Shown: piece after piece, positions 49,200-64,000 of the stretch
Position numbering within the stretch: the first letter of the stretch is position 1
Layout of the letters: each line of letters begins with the position of its first letter
Source: the human T2T-CHM13v2.0 reference genome, Homo sapiens
Assembly: GCF_009914755.1 (NCBI RefSeq)
Contig: NC_060947.1
Strand: one strand, 5' to 3'
DNA length: 64,000 nucleotides
The notes under the pieces: generated by a model
Told to the model about the DNA's origin: nothing
The model's input: the letters and a program-made list of their open reading frames with translations, nothing else
The model's database searches: none
Program-made: the position numbers and the translations under genes

Positions 49200-50060
49200 C
49201 TCATGGCATCATACGGTATGTACAGACTGATGACACCCAAATTTCAACTTCTATTTAAAACACCTCCTCTGAGCTCCAGGATTGACAACTCCAACTGTAT
49301 GTCTAATAGGTTTCTCAAACTTAACATAGCCAAAAGTGAATTCCTGATTTCTCTTCACTCCCACCTCTGTCCCTAAATCTGTTTTTCTCCTAGGCTTTCC
49401 CATCTTATTTAAAAGCACTAGCATTTTCTTTAATAGCACTATGTAATTCCCTCAGTTGCTCAGGCCAAAACCAGGAAGGCTATCTTAATTATTCTTTTTT
49501 TTTTTTTCTGTTTCTCTCACCCACTACATCCTAAATCACTAAATCCTGATTATTCTACCTCCAAAAAATATCCTGAATATATCCATTTCCCTTAAAATCT
49601 AAACAGGTAGTAAAGAGTTGTGGTTAAGAGCATGGACTCTACACCTAGGCTTGCTTTAATTCAAATCCCAGCTTTCCAACTTACTAGTAGTGGGCAAGTT
49701 CCTTAACCTCCTTATGCCTCGGTTTCATCATCTGTAAAGAGAGGATAATAAAAATACCTACTTCATATGGCTGTTGTTGAGGGTTAAATGAGTTAACAGA
49801 ATGTAAAAAAAGACTGCCTGGCATATACTACATACCATATAAATGGTGACTACTATTTTTATTATTGTTATCAATACTACTATCATCCTAATATAAGCCC
49901 TTATCATTTTTTGCCTAAGCTATATCTCTCTGATTGCACATTCATGCTTTCATTTTGCCTCACTCCAGTTTTATTTTTAAAAATCATCAAGTCACTCTCC
50001 GGCTTTAACACTTCAAAGACTCCCCACCACACTAAGGATGCAGACCAAGTCTCTCTCTTG
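49200..50060. mobile_element. L2 fragment interrupted by a MIR (~49610-49860)
   Basis: ctcaaacttaacatagccaaaagtgaattcctg (L2); gcctcggtttcatcatctgtaaa (MIR core). Confidence 0.6.
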
Positions 50061-50478
50061 CTCAAAAGGAGTCTCAACAAACTCTTTCCCCCGACTCCCC
50101 AGCCAAGCAATCTGCTATTTAGAGACTGCTGGCTAATAAGCATCTCTTCCCACACACTTACACTCCAGAAACAGCTACATCAAATAGCATCTCACACAAT
50201 AATTTAATCACAATAGCTTCACATTTATTTAATCAAGATTATACCTGGTTGAGTTCAGCCTCAAGGAAAAGAAGCTTGGTGGAGGGAAAATGAAAAATGG
50301 GGGCCTTTGTAAAGGGGAGTGGGGTGGAGTGTCAACAAAATCAGAAAGAGGAAATGAAAGAAAGGGAGAGATGTAAGAGGCCTTTGCCTGCTTTGCAATT
50401 TTACGTAGTGTACTGGGAACAACAGATTGGATGCTATGAATCATTTAGGCAGCCTTTGTTTGTTGTTACTGTTGTTGG

Positions 50479-50750
50479 TTTTTTTTTTTTTTTGAGACAG
50501 GGTCTCACTCTGTCACCCAGGCTGGAGTGCAGTGGCTCGATCTCGGATCACCGCAGCCTCAACTTTTTGGGCTCAGGTGATCCTCCCACCTCAGCCTCCC
50601 AAGTAGCTGGGACTGCCTGGCTAATTTTTTTGGAGAGACAGGGTTTTGCCATGTTGCCCAGGATGGATTCCAACTCCTGGACTCAAGCGATCCACCCAAC
50701 TTGGCCTCCCAGAGTGCTGGGATTACAGGCGTAAGCCACTGTACTCAGTC
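50479..50750 (-). mobile_element. AluJ-like
   Basis: Reverse Alu; flanking gcctttg repeated. Confidence 0.88.
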
Positions 50751-50994
50751 TGCCTTTGGTTCTTACGCTGATCAATAATGCTGAGTTTCTACAGTTGTTT
50801 CAAAAACTTCAGATCTTAACCTAACCTAGTTCGGCACAAGTTCCCCCTTGACCAGGATGTAAAGAATAGAGAAAAGAAAAAGTAGAAAAAGGAAGACATT
50901 CTATGTCAAACACTGGTGACCCTCCCACTCTGTAGTCTTCCTCCCATCATTACTATAAGATGATGCAAGGAAATTTAACTATTGTTGGGCATAT

Positions 50995-52040
50995 GGAGAA
51001 TTCTTAAAATTCAATAAGAAAACAACCTGCTTTAAAAATGGGCAAAATCTAAGCAGCATCTCACCAATGAAGATATACAGATGACAAAGAACCATATGAA
51101 AAGAAAGTCCATATCATATGTTATCAGTGAAATGCTAATTAAGACAAAAGTGAGATAGTACTACACACCTGTTAAAATGGCCAACATACAAAGCACTGAG
51201 AACATCAAAACCCAGTGAGGATGTGGAACAACAAGAACTCCCATTCATTGTTGGTGAGAATGCAAAATGATACAGCTACTTTGGAAGATAGTTTGGCAGT
51301 TTCTTACAAAACGAAACATACTCTTACCATACAATTCAGCACTTCTTTGTATTTACTCAAATGAATTGAAAATGTATGTCCATATAAAAACCTGCACACA
51401 AATGTTTATAGCAGTTTTACTCATAATTGCCAAAACTCGGAGGCAACTAAAATGCCCTTCAGTAGGTGAATGGATAAACTATGGTATATCCAGAAAATGA
51501 AATATTATTCATCACTAGAAACAAATGAGCTATCAAGCCATGGAAAGACATGGAAGAAACTTGAAAGCATATTACTAAGTGAAAGAAGCCAATCTGAAAA
51601 GGCTGTATGATTCTAAATATGTGACATCCTAGGAAAGGCAAAACTATAGAGACAGCAGAAAGATCGCTGGTTACCATGGGTTGGGGGGAATAAGGAATGA
51701 ACAGGAAGAGAACAGAAGATTTTTAGGGCAGTGAAACTATCCTGGTATGACACTACTATGGATACATATGTACATATATACAAATGTAGGCTATGTGGAT
51801 ATGTATCCTATATTTAACAAAACCCACAGAATGTACACCAAGAGTGACCCCTAATATAATCTATGGACTTTGGGTGATAGTGTGCCAAAATAGGTTCACT
51901 GATTGTAACAAATGTACCATTCTGGTGTGGGATGTTGACAGCCAGAGAAAATGTGTTTGGGGACAGTGGGTTTATGGGTACTCTCTATATTTTCTACTCA
52001 ATTTTCCTGTGAACCTAAAACTGCTCTAAAAATATAATTT
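50995..52040 (+). mobile_element. L1MC-type 3' end
   Basis: ORF2 C-terminal remnant then aaacccacagaatgtacacc...tgtgaacctaaaactgctctaaaa. Confidence 0.75.
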
Positions 52041-52194
52041 TTTAATTTAAAAAATCTAATGAGAACCAAAAAATTAGTGTTTGACATGGACAAGTCAAAA
52101 ATGTTATTTGACAGGGTCTTACTGGGTAAATAATAAACAATGATTAACTGGAATAAACAATTGCCTGAGATTGTCAAAAAAAAAAATACTACTA

Positions 52195-52979
<785 letters not shown>

Positions 52980-54649
52980 CTATATCCTCCCATGAGTCAA
53001 CACCAAATATTTATAATTATAGCATTAATTTAAACTCAGAATGCTAAAGAGACAATGCTACACATTTTAATAGCAAATCTGAGACACACTTTCAAAATAC
53101 TCCTTAGATAAATAGCTTTGTTGTGTTAAAAGTTTTCTCCACTCTTTAAACATTAATGAAAACACAAGCACTGGAGACTTAATATTTTCATGTGTGAAAG
53201 GCTATGATTTATTTTAACTGTACTCTTGAGTTAGTTAATTCTATTTTTTAATTTGAAAAAAGATTGTCCTGGGTTTGTATTTTCTTATAGCCATAATCAC
53301 TTACATATAATCTTTTGTATATGCTGTAGTAGACTGTTCGAGTAATCATCTCCAAGGGAGTATTTTAATTATTTCTCACCCACAGAGAATAATAGAAAAG
53401 GCAAGCAAGGATTGTTTTGGCAGAGAAGCTATGATAAGTTGTAGAGATCAACAGCTAAACTTTTCAACTGACTTGGTGACAAAAGAAAATATAAATTGGT
53501 ATTCATCGTTTCCAGTTAAAAGTAATCAGAGAAAGATCTAATGGCTCATTTTACTTTGGACTTTTCATCTAAAGTAGATTTAAGCCAAAAGATCTAAAGG
53601 ATGTTCATGAATGTTTGATCATGACCTCCTCTCCTTTTTTATATACCTTTGTCTTTTTTCGTTGTAAGAATGTCTGTACCTTTTCAAACACAACTGTTTG
53701 AAAAGTCTCTTCATCGCCTCCCCCCACTTTTTCCCCTCAGGTACTATATCCATTCTTCTTCTGTCCTCTTTATGACAATGCTAAGCTATCACTTTATAGA
53801 GTACATTTTGTGATGCTGGTGAAGAAATAAAGGTCCTAACATGAACCAGTATTGGGAGCAGAATGAATCAGTAAAAAAGCCTTTGAAAACCACACATGCT
53901 ATTCTTGGAACCAGCAATTTTATGATGTTAAAGAAAATAATCCTATCAGTCTAAGGAAAAGAACATTCCAAAAGTCTTTATTTTGCAACTGAACACTTGA
54001 TAAAATATTCTTATAGTTCCTGGTAGGCAAGATATAAGACCAGATAACCCCAAGAGGAAAGGTAATCTTGTTCCCAATAATGCTAAGAAGACCTTTGTTT
54101 TGCAAGCTTCTTTGGTACCCTTTTTAAAAGCACTTTGTTAAATATCATCTAAAAATATGTTTGTAAATAGTCAGATGCTGTGGACTGACACAAAACATGA
54201 TTAACATTGTTAACCTACCCTTTCACCTCCAATTTCCTGTTTCCATTTTCATCTGCAATTTTTCAAACATACTAGCATACAAAATGTTCAAAATACTTCA
54301 AAGACATCCATATCACAATCTGTGGCAGTCTATCAGCTCTGACAAAAAACAGGAAATGTCCCCTCTACCTACTACCCCCTGAAGCAGTAGAAGGAAAAAA
54401 CAAGAAAATTAAAGTATTCTTCCCTTGAGTTCTCGCTACAGGCTTAAGCAATTTTTAAAAATCCACAAAAATGGGAGTTTTTCACACAGACATACCACGC
54501 TGAAACAATTAATATGCATTAAAAAATCTGCCTCCTATTTCCTGACTGGGCTGTACCTTTTACCTGCTCTTTCTTTTACATTTACACCCACATACACAGA
54601 TATTTAAGAGGAAACAAGGAAATACATTAAGGATGTGCCTATCATTTTA

Positions 54650-54874
<225 letters not shown>

Positions 54875-55109
54875 CTAGGTAAATAAAATTAAATTGAAAG
54901 TAAAATGAAAATTTGTCATTAACTCATATGCAGCACTTACATGCTGCAAACATTTCAAACAGAAACATAGACAAAACACTTTCCAGTAGTAGGGTAAATA
55001 TTAATTTTCATTAAAACAAAAGCAAACTACATGGCAGTTAGTTTAAGAAATAGTCCTAAATTCAGGCATAGTTTTTATCCCAGCTTGGATTAACCCCTTT
55101 ATTGAAATA

Positions 55110-56350
55110 TATCCATTCACTTACCACCTATTTGCTGAGCACCATTCTGTCAGCGCTTGTGCTATTATCAGCAAAGCTCTAGAGATACTGCTTTAAACAA
55201 GATGGAGACAAGTCCCTGCCTTCATGTAGCTGGCAGCTTACAGGAAAAATCAGACAGTAAAACAAGTGTGTAGATGCTGAGGTCTGAAGGGTAAACAGGA
55301 GTTAACTAGACGAAAGGTAGTTTTCTAGGCACAGTGAACAGTATATGCAGGTCTCTAGGAAATAAAGGAAGCCAGTGGCGAGAGGGAGTGTGGTGTGAGA
55401 TGGGGCTGGAGAGGGAGGCAGGAGCCAGACTGTGCAGGGCCCTCTAGGCCAAAGTAAGCTGTTCATTCTCTATCCCACAAATAGCAGGAAATCCTTGAAA
55501 GTTTTAAGCAAGGAAAGGTCACATGAACAGAACTGCATTTTGAAAAGATCATTCTTACTGCTCTGTGGAAGATGAATTAGAAGGGAACAAGAGTGAAGGC
55601 AGGGAGTCTATTTAGGAGGCTATTGCTGTAATCTAGGTGAAAGATGATGGGCTTGGACTAGTGTTAGCGGCAGGCATGGAAAGAAGTTCTATAAATATTT
55701 AGGAGGCAAAAATGCCAAGAGTTAGATGTAAATGCTAATATTAAAGATGTCTTCCAAGTATCGGGTTAGCATGTCTAGGTGAATGTTGTCATCATTTACT
55801 GACACAGGAAATACTGAAAAAGAACTACATTTAAGGGAGGATGATTTTGAGTTCAGTCTGCCCTCCCAACTCGTTGACTCTCATCTCCAACCCTCAACAA
55901 GCCCTGCCTCTGCCATACACCCTGTGTTGTAGATACAATGTATACTTCCATGTACGCAAGGCTTCTACATGGCTCTGTGACTTTAGGCAATCTCTTCCCT
56001 ATCCCTGAAATACCAGTTCAGCATTCTCCACCAAGTAAATCCTTCTAATCCTTAAAGGCTCTGTTCAGATAGCATCTATTCTCTGAAGCCTTATCAAATT
56101 CCTCTTGGGTAGAAAAAAATGATAACTTACACTGTATACCCAAAGCATTCTGTTAATGCTTCTTGAATGGCTTTACTACATTAAGTGAATACATAACTGT
56201 TATGTGACTGGTCTTCTCAGCTATAGCATAAATTCTTTAAGAGTAGAAAAGCCATATCTTGATCTTCATTGTACCTGCTACCATTTTTGTTGTCTGTCCT
56301 ACTGCACAGCACATAGTAGGTAGGTGAGTGGTATACATTTGCTGAACTGA
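55110..56350. mobile_element. L2 fragments (about 55110-55855 on + and 55990-56350 on -)
   Basis: tatttgctgagcacc...gtccctgccttcatg...gcattttgaaaagatcattctt...gttaggaggctattg-like. Confidence 0.6.
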
Positions 56351-57256
56351 AATGAAATGCACTGCCCACCAAGTAGAATGATTCTTTCAAGCAGAATCCT
56401 CTAGGTAGTTTATTCTATATCTGTAAGACATCTGACCATAGATCCAGAGGAGCTCCTTTTCAAATCTTCCATCATTCAGGATTAAAATAGGCTCTTGCCC
56501 ATATTATATCCCAGACTGATTTTAAGTAGCAAGGCTAAATTCAATTACAGTACCATTTACTCAAAGCCTCAAAGTGAGTCAACAGAAGCACTTAACATCA
56601 ACAGGGCATTGGAGCAACTTCAATGGGATTTTTCTGCTTCATTTAAAAAATGAAATGAGAAAAAAAGTACCTTTAATGTAGTAAAATTTTCAGGGGTAAT
56701 TATGGCGAGGAAAAGATTTTAATAGCTTACAGATTTAAAGATGGAAGACACAATTTAAACTGTCTAAAATTTAAAACACAAAACAGTAGAAAGAATACAG
56801 AGAAGCAGATTGATCTAACTAGGCTCTCACCCTTACAGTGAGTAAATGAATGAGAGAGAGCAAAAATGGTAATCAGGAAGATGAGTGAGAAGTTTCCAAT
56901 TAGGCTGAAACTGGTATGTAACAAAATAAAACTACTAGTTTGAACTATTTTCAGTTTTGATATATTCCATTTCATTTAATGGTACACAATACACGTCATC
57001 CTGGGATGAGCAAAAATATGATATCCATGAAAATTTCAAAGAAAGTAACAATGAAACAAAATCTCAACAGGTTTTCTAGTAAAAACACAACTTTAGAAAT
57101 TTACAAAATGATAATCTTTAAATGTTATGTTTCTACTTTAAGAAGTCATAATAAGCTCTGGAATGTCTTTTTTTAATTACATGGCATTTTAAGGTTAGAA
57201 ATAGATTGAAAATTCGTTTAAAGCAATCAAGTTTCTAAAAGTTAAGTGGCTGTTTA

Positions 57257-57427
<171 letters not shown>

Positions 57428-57834
57428 TTATGGGTCCACATTATCATATAAAGTGATATTTAGTATGTCCAACACTTTGAAACTGAAATCTCACACATAT
57501 ACATAAGCATATATTTAGAGGCACTGTATATGAAAACCTTTTTCAGAAATGAAGCTTTCATTCTACGCATTACAATAACCATCTAGTCTCATACCTTTGC
57601 TTTCTCTGACCCAATCTAAATTAGGTTCCTTGTTATGTGTTCTCATGTCACCCTATATATACTTACTTGATAACACTTATTATAGTGAGTTATATATGTG
57701 TACATTTTAAATTAAAGTTTCTCCCTTGATAAGCAAAGAGTTCTATAGGAGCAGGTTGTTCACCTGTATTGTTTACAATTTTCCCAACACTCAACACAGT
57801 GCCTGGTACAAGGCAGACAATAAATTATTTGGAT

Positions 57835-58408
<574 letters not shown>

Positions 58409-58558
58409 CTAACCTCTGGAGTCTTGATGATCATAACAGATACCCCTATGAGTCACTCTGTCCCTATGAGTACCTCCAATTTCCATGACAGCTGGGAAGG
58501 TGTATACACAACCCTGGGCCATGGAGGGCTTTCATTTTAATCAATAACATACCACTCT

Positions 58559-58913
58559 GGGCTGCGCTTTGGTAATTGGTAATAGGTAAAAGTTTCATGC
58601 TGAATTGCACACGGCCAGAACTCTTAGGCCAACTGTCAACTGCAGAACTCTTAGGCCAACTGTCAATCGTACTTTGTCCCTGATACCTTAAGCTCAGGGA
58701 CTGAATCACTTAAAAGTGACCAAAAATCATTGAATTTTTCAGATGACCTAGTAAGACCAGAAACTAGAAAGAAAGAAATGTTTCTTAACCTAAAAAGCTA
58801 AATTTACATTTGAGAGTTCTGCGGTTGACAGTTGGCCTAAGAGTTCTCGTCTTCTGACCATGTGCGATTTAGCATGAAACTTTTACCAATTACCAATTAC
58901 CAAAGCCCATCCC
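58559..58913. mobile_element. Long-TIR MITE-like element, family not recognised
   Basis: 58559-58651 is the reverse complement of 58813-58913 (8 mismatches plus one 8-nt indel by hand alignment). Confidence 0.65.
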
Positions 58914-60129
58914 AATTATCTGTATAATATGTGAGAACATAACCTTTAATAAGAGGTGACTGAAAAGCCAAGTTGTAGAGCACGACATACTATATGGGAA
59001 TTTACTAACCTTTCAGTTTAAAAAGGCTTATGGGCTCAAAATTTAGGGAATCCTCAGGGAAAAAACACAAAAGGAGGCAAGTACATTCAGTAGAACAGCT
59101 GCATTACAACCAATAACCAACTTAGAATAGGTTCTACCCTGGAGTCCAAGAAGTTCCTTAGGGAAGATAATTTTAAAATAAATGCAGAATTGTGCATGGA
59201 TGTGCATCACTTGGGAGAAGAAGGTCCACACTTCTTATGAGATTCCCAAGGTAGCTTGTGACCAAAAATAGAAGCCACTCAAAACCACTGATCCAGTCAC
59301 TTTGAAGCTGACATAGTTCAGACCAGCATTTTTAACTGTCCCAATTATTTAAAATCAACTTTCTAAAACAATAAGCTAAACTCCAACAACAGGCTAATGG
59401 CTGAGCTTCTGGTACGTTACCCTTCTGTTCCCAAATTAAAGAGTTTTTAATTAATCAAATAAGCATTACAGAGTCATCTGTGAAAGGTGATATAAACACA
59501 TCAAAAGGGAATACTTTTGCTGTTGTCGTTTTTAAGTCCCAACTGTTAGTTGACCACTGTTTTATTAAATGAACTGCTTCCTGGAGGAATTCTGATTATT
59601 CCCTTCATAGGAAATGACTGCCCTCTTCTCTCCTTCATCAAGTCATGAGCTCTTAAGAGATCATGGAGCATGTCCTAAGTCCCCTTATCACAGGTGCCTA
59701 GAACAATAGTTTAGCACACAGAAGATATACAAGAAATCTTTATTAAAACTTGTGCCCTAGCCATTTACTCTACTGGTTTAACTAAAAGGTAAACTTAGTT
59801 TCTAGCACATCTTTTTTAGTATAATACAAATGTAAGATTTTAATGCAGACCAAGAAAAGTCTACTTTTTAGAGTTTTCTAACTAAAAGTGAAATTGAGTT
59901 ACAGCCATATACATCAAGTTATTCAAATTAACTTGTTTATCTAAAAAGTAGATTCTCCAGCTTGGTCAGTTGCTACAAATCAAAAACAATGTTATCTCAA
60001 GCATGACCTCTATGGCAAAAAAAAAAGTTAATCACAAGAAGAAAATGTGTATAGCAGTTTTTTAGACACAATGATGAGAATTCAGTTTTTGTTACAAGTT
60101 AGTTCTTGCTTGGAGACGTCAGTAAATAG

Positions 60130-60822
<693 letters not shown>

Positions 60823-60865
60823 TAGAACATGTTTAAAACTATTTATACAGAAAATGCCAGCTTTG

Positions 60866-61163
60866 GGCTGGGCATGATGGCTCACACCTGTAATCCCAGC
60901 ACTTTGGGAGGCTGAGGTGGGTGGATCACCTGCAGTCCGGAGTTCGAGACCAGCCTGGCCAACATGGCGAAACCCCGTGTCTATTAAAAACACAAAAAAT
61001 TAGCCAGGCGGGCGCCTGTAATCCCAGCTACTTGGGAGGCTGAGGCAGGAGAATCGCTTGAACCCATGAGGCGGAGGTTGCATTGAGCTGAAATCGCGCG
61101 CCACTACATTCCAGCCTGGGCGACAGAGACTCTTGTCTCAAAAACAAACAAACAAACAAAAAA
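60866..61163 (+). mobile_element. AluS-like
   Basis: (AAAC)n tail; TSD aaaa(t/c)gccagcttt. Confidence 0.92.
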
Positions 61164-61525
61164 CGCCAGCTTTCCCGGTACATACAATGCATTTTATATA
61201 TGCTTTGTAGTGGATTAAATAATCTGTACACAAGTGTGGCCACTAAAGATGAAATTATGTGAAAAAGTTGTGGGTCACTGCCTCAAATATGTATCATCTA
61301 ATTTAATTTGAAACCAAAACTTTATAAACTTACTAAGCAAATTTCCCAAAGGAGGAAAGTTGAAGAGAATCTCAGCTTTGAGAGTCAATTATTTCATTTA
61401 AGCAAAAGGAGGCTTTAGAACTTTACTTGTTTTGACCAGTTCTGTGTTACCCAAGATTTCCAATTTATCATTAAAAATGCTGATGGTTTAGCATTAAAAA
61501 TGCAGATGAGGAACTTGAGACTCCA

Positions 61526-61569
61526 AATAACTTTTAATGTGTCTGAATAACTTTTAATGTGTCTGAATA
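61526..61569. repeat. Perfect 20-bp tandem duplication
   Basis: aataacttttaatgtgtctg twice, then aata. Confidence 0.95.
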
Positions 61570-61644
61570 GCAGCAAAAAAGAAAGAGAAAAAGGTAAAAA
61601 TAAAGTAGTAGATATTTAAAGTAATAATAAAGTTAGCAGTCAAC

Positions 61645-62073
61645 TGCTCAAAGAAAACTTAGGAAAAACTCTTCTGGACATTAGCCTAGGCAAATAACTG
61701 ATGACGAAGACAAAAAAGCAAATGCCCGAAAACCAAAAATAAACAAACGGGACTTAAATTAAAAAGCTGCACAGCGAAAGAAATAATCAACAGAGTAAAC
61801 AGACAATCTATAGAATGGCAGAAAATATTTACAAATTATGATTCTGGCAAAAGACTAATATCCAGAATCTATAAGGAACTCAAACAGTAAGAAAAAAAAT
61901 CAACTCCATTAAAAGCTGGGCAAAGGGCGGGGTGCAGTGACTCACTTCTGTAATCCCGGCACTTTCGGAGGCTGAGGCAGGGGGATTACTTGAGGCCAGG
62001 AGTTTGTGACCAGCCTGGCCAATATGGTGAAACCCCGTCTCTACTAAAAATACCAAAAAAAAAAAAAAAAAAA
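61645..62073 (+). mobile_element. L1 ORF2 fragment (61645-61925) followed by an Alu left monomer (61926-62073)
   Basis: gaaaacttaggaaaaactcttctggacattagcctaggcaaa...ctaatatccagaatctataaggaactc; then an Alu left arm ending in an A run. Confidence 0.8.
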
Positions 62074-62351
62074 ATTAATTAATTTTTTAAAAAAAACCTT
62101 TAAAATTTTTAAAGGAAAAAAACACACAACAGATAAACATGATGGAAACTAAAGATCCTAAAATTCATAGCAGAGTACAATCAATGCTCCTTTTGCTAAA
62201 GAAGGGAATTTCCAAGTTTTGCACCAGCTACAAAATTCTGGTGATTTCCAAAATCCCTGCAGAGTACATTAAAGTTTGTGAGGCTGTAGAGGCCAAATTT
62301 TTCTAAAGAAAGTATTTGTGTTCCCAGGAGATAAAAAAACAAAAAGCATTA

Positions 62352-62659
<308 letters not shown>

Positions 62660-64000
62660 TTAAAGTAGGTCAAAATGTTTGTCTTCAGTGTTCCCTGCCT
62701 TAACATTTATAATGTCACATTACTGGTGGTATTTGTAAACAAAAGCGGCATCCAATTAAGATAGTTATTTTTATGACTGAAGGGTGGAGAAAGAAAATCA
62801 ACACTTGCTACAAAGTTGGAAGGCAGCTAACATATTCTATAAACAGTATATTTTGAAAAAATAATCCTTTAAAAAATTCTGGTATAAATACAAACAGCCA
62901 AGACAATGTGAGGAAGAAAAAGTCAAATTATGAAATTGTTGGTCTTTTCGGAGTAGACCTGAAGGCCTCCATTTAGGAGACAGTATCCCACACATTCAAA
63001 ACACATGAACTTGAGGAAATCAATAGTACTACTCACTATTGTAATAATAATCACAGAAACACAAATAACAATAGCAGCTACCGTTTGAGTTGTCGCCCCA
63101 TGCCAAGCACAATGCAAGAGGAGAGAAAAAAAATGAGGAAGGAACCCAAACAGCACGATGATGTAAAAAGACCTCTTTATTCAGAGCAACTAGACCTTAT
63201 AAAGTAGTTCTACTCCTGGTTTTATTACTAACTCTGCTTGGTGACCATGTGCCTAAATTTCTCTGGCCTTAACCTCTTAAGACCATTTAGCTCTACAAGT
63301 CCACAATTCTGAATCAAAGGACTACTACAGACCATTTAATTGGATACCACAAGGTGAGCTGAAATTTCCAGTAAAAGAACTATTCACTATTTTAGGCATA
63401 AGTATGTCAACCTCTGGCTGAGAATAAAATTTCTGCCACTAGTGTGTAAGATTAAGAGGAAATAGACATTTTTATCCAAAATAAAATGTTCTATAGGCCT
63501 ACATATCTGCTCATTAGGCAACAAAATTTTCACCTGTCCTGACCATATTTCACATGTTAATCTCCCAGCAAAACATGATCACTACTGTATCACCGCCCAA
63601 ACAAGAAATTAAATGCATATTTGAAAACCAAAATGTCATATATTTTTAAGGAAGGGCATAATTTTGTGTTTCAGTTTCTAAGTGATTACAAGTGTACAGT
63701 GAACCAAATGTCACCAACTTTTATCTCTGCCTTGCCAGGGCACATGAGGAAGTGAGGAAAATCTTCAAGATCTATTCCATTCTATAAGAGATGGCAGTAG
63801 GCCAACCTAGCACCTAACCTGGTCAGCCAGAGGTAAAGACTAGCTAAATAACACTTGCAGAATGATGACTACTGAGTACTAGGAGCTATAAGAAGTGGTT
63901 TCACAGAGTATTAGCCCCATTTCACCAACGAGGACATTTAGAATCGGGGCGATTAATTTGACCAAGGTGACACAACTAGTAAGTGGTTGGGCCAGGATTT

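Noticed and set aside
62097-62116. Short hairpin cctttaaaa-tt-ttttaaagg
   Set aside because: AT-rich sequence next to an Alu A tail; expected by chance

Overview
Primate (almost certainly human) genomic DNA covering the middle of the P4-ATPase phospholipid flippase gene ATP11C on the minus strand. I resolved 20 coding exons, 19 complete and one cut by the window edge. They are probably exons 3-22 (numbering inferred). All have GT-AG boundaries and splice into one uninterrupted 2373-nt frame (791 codons) containing DGES, PVSM, DKTGTLT, KGAD, TGDK and GDGAND motifs. The introns are filled with repeats: about 23 Alus, a full THE1A retroelement nested in an MLT1A LTR, a near-full-length old L1 with an internal ORF2 deletion, MER21, MLT2, MER2, MER5, L1M, L2 and MIR. 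Two signals are not explained by these. (1) Intron 8 has a 203-nt AG-free zone with a branch-point-like motif and a pyrimidine tract, leading to a frame-preserving 30/39-nt candidate microexon. (2) A ~355-bp element at 58559-58913 has ~95-bp terminal inverted repeats and subterminal repeats. No prokaryote-type system is present. Repeat subfamily names come from memory of consensus sequences, and the boundaries of old repeats are approximate.
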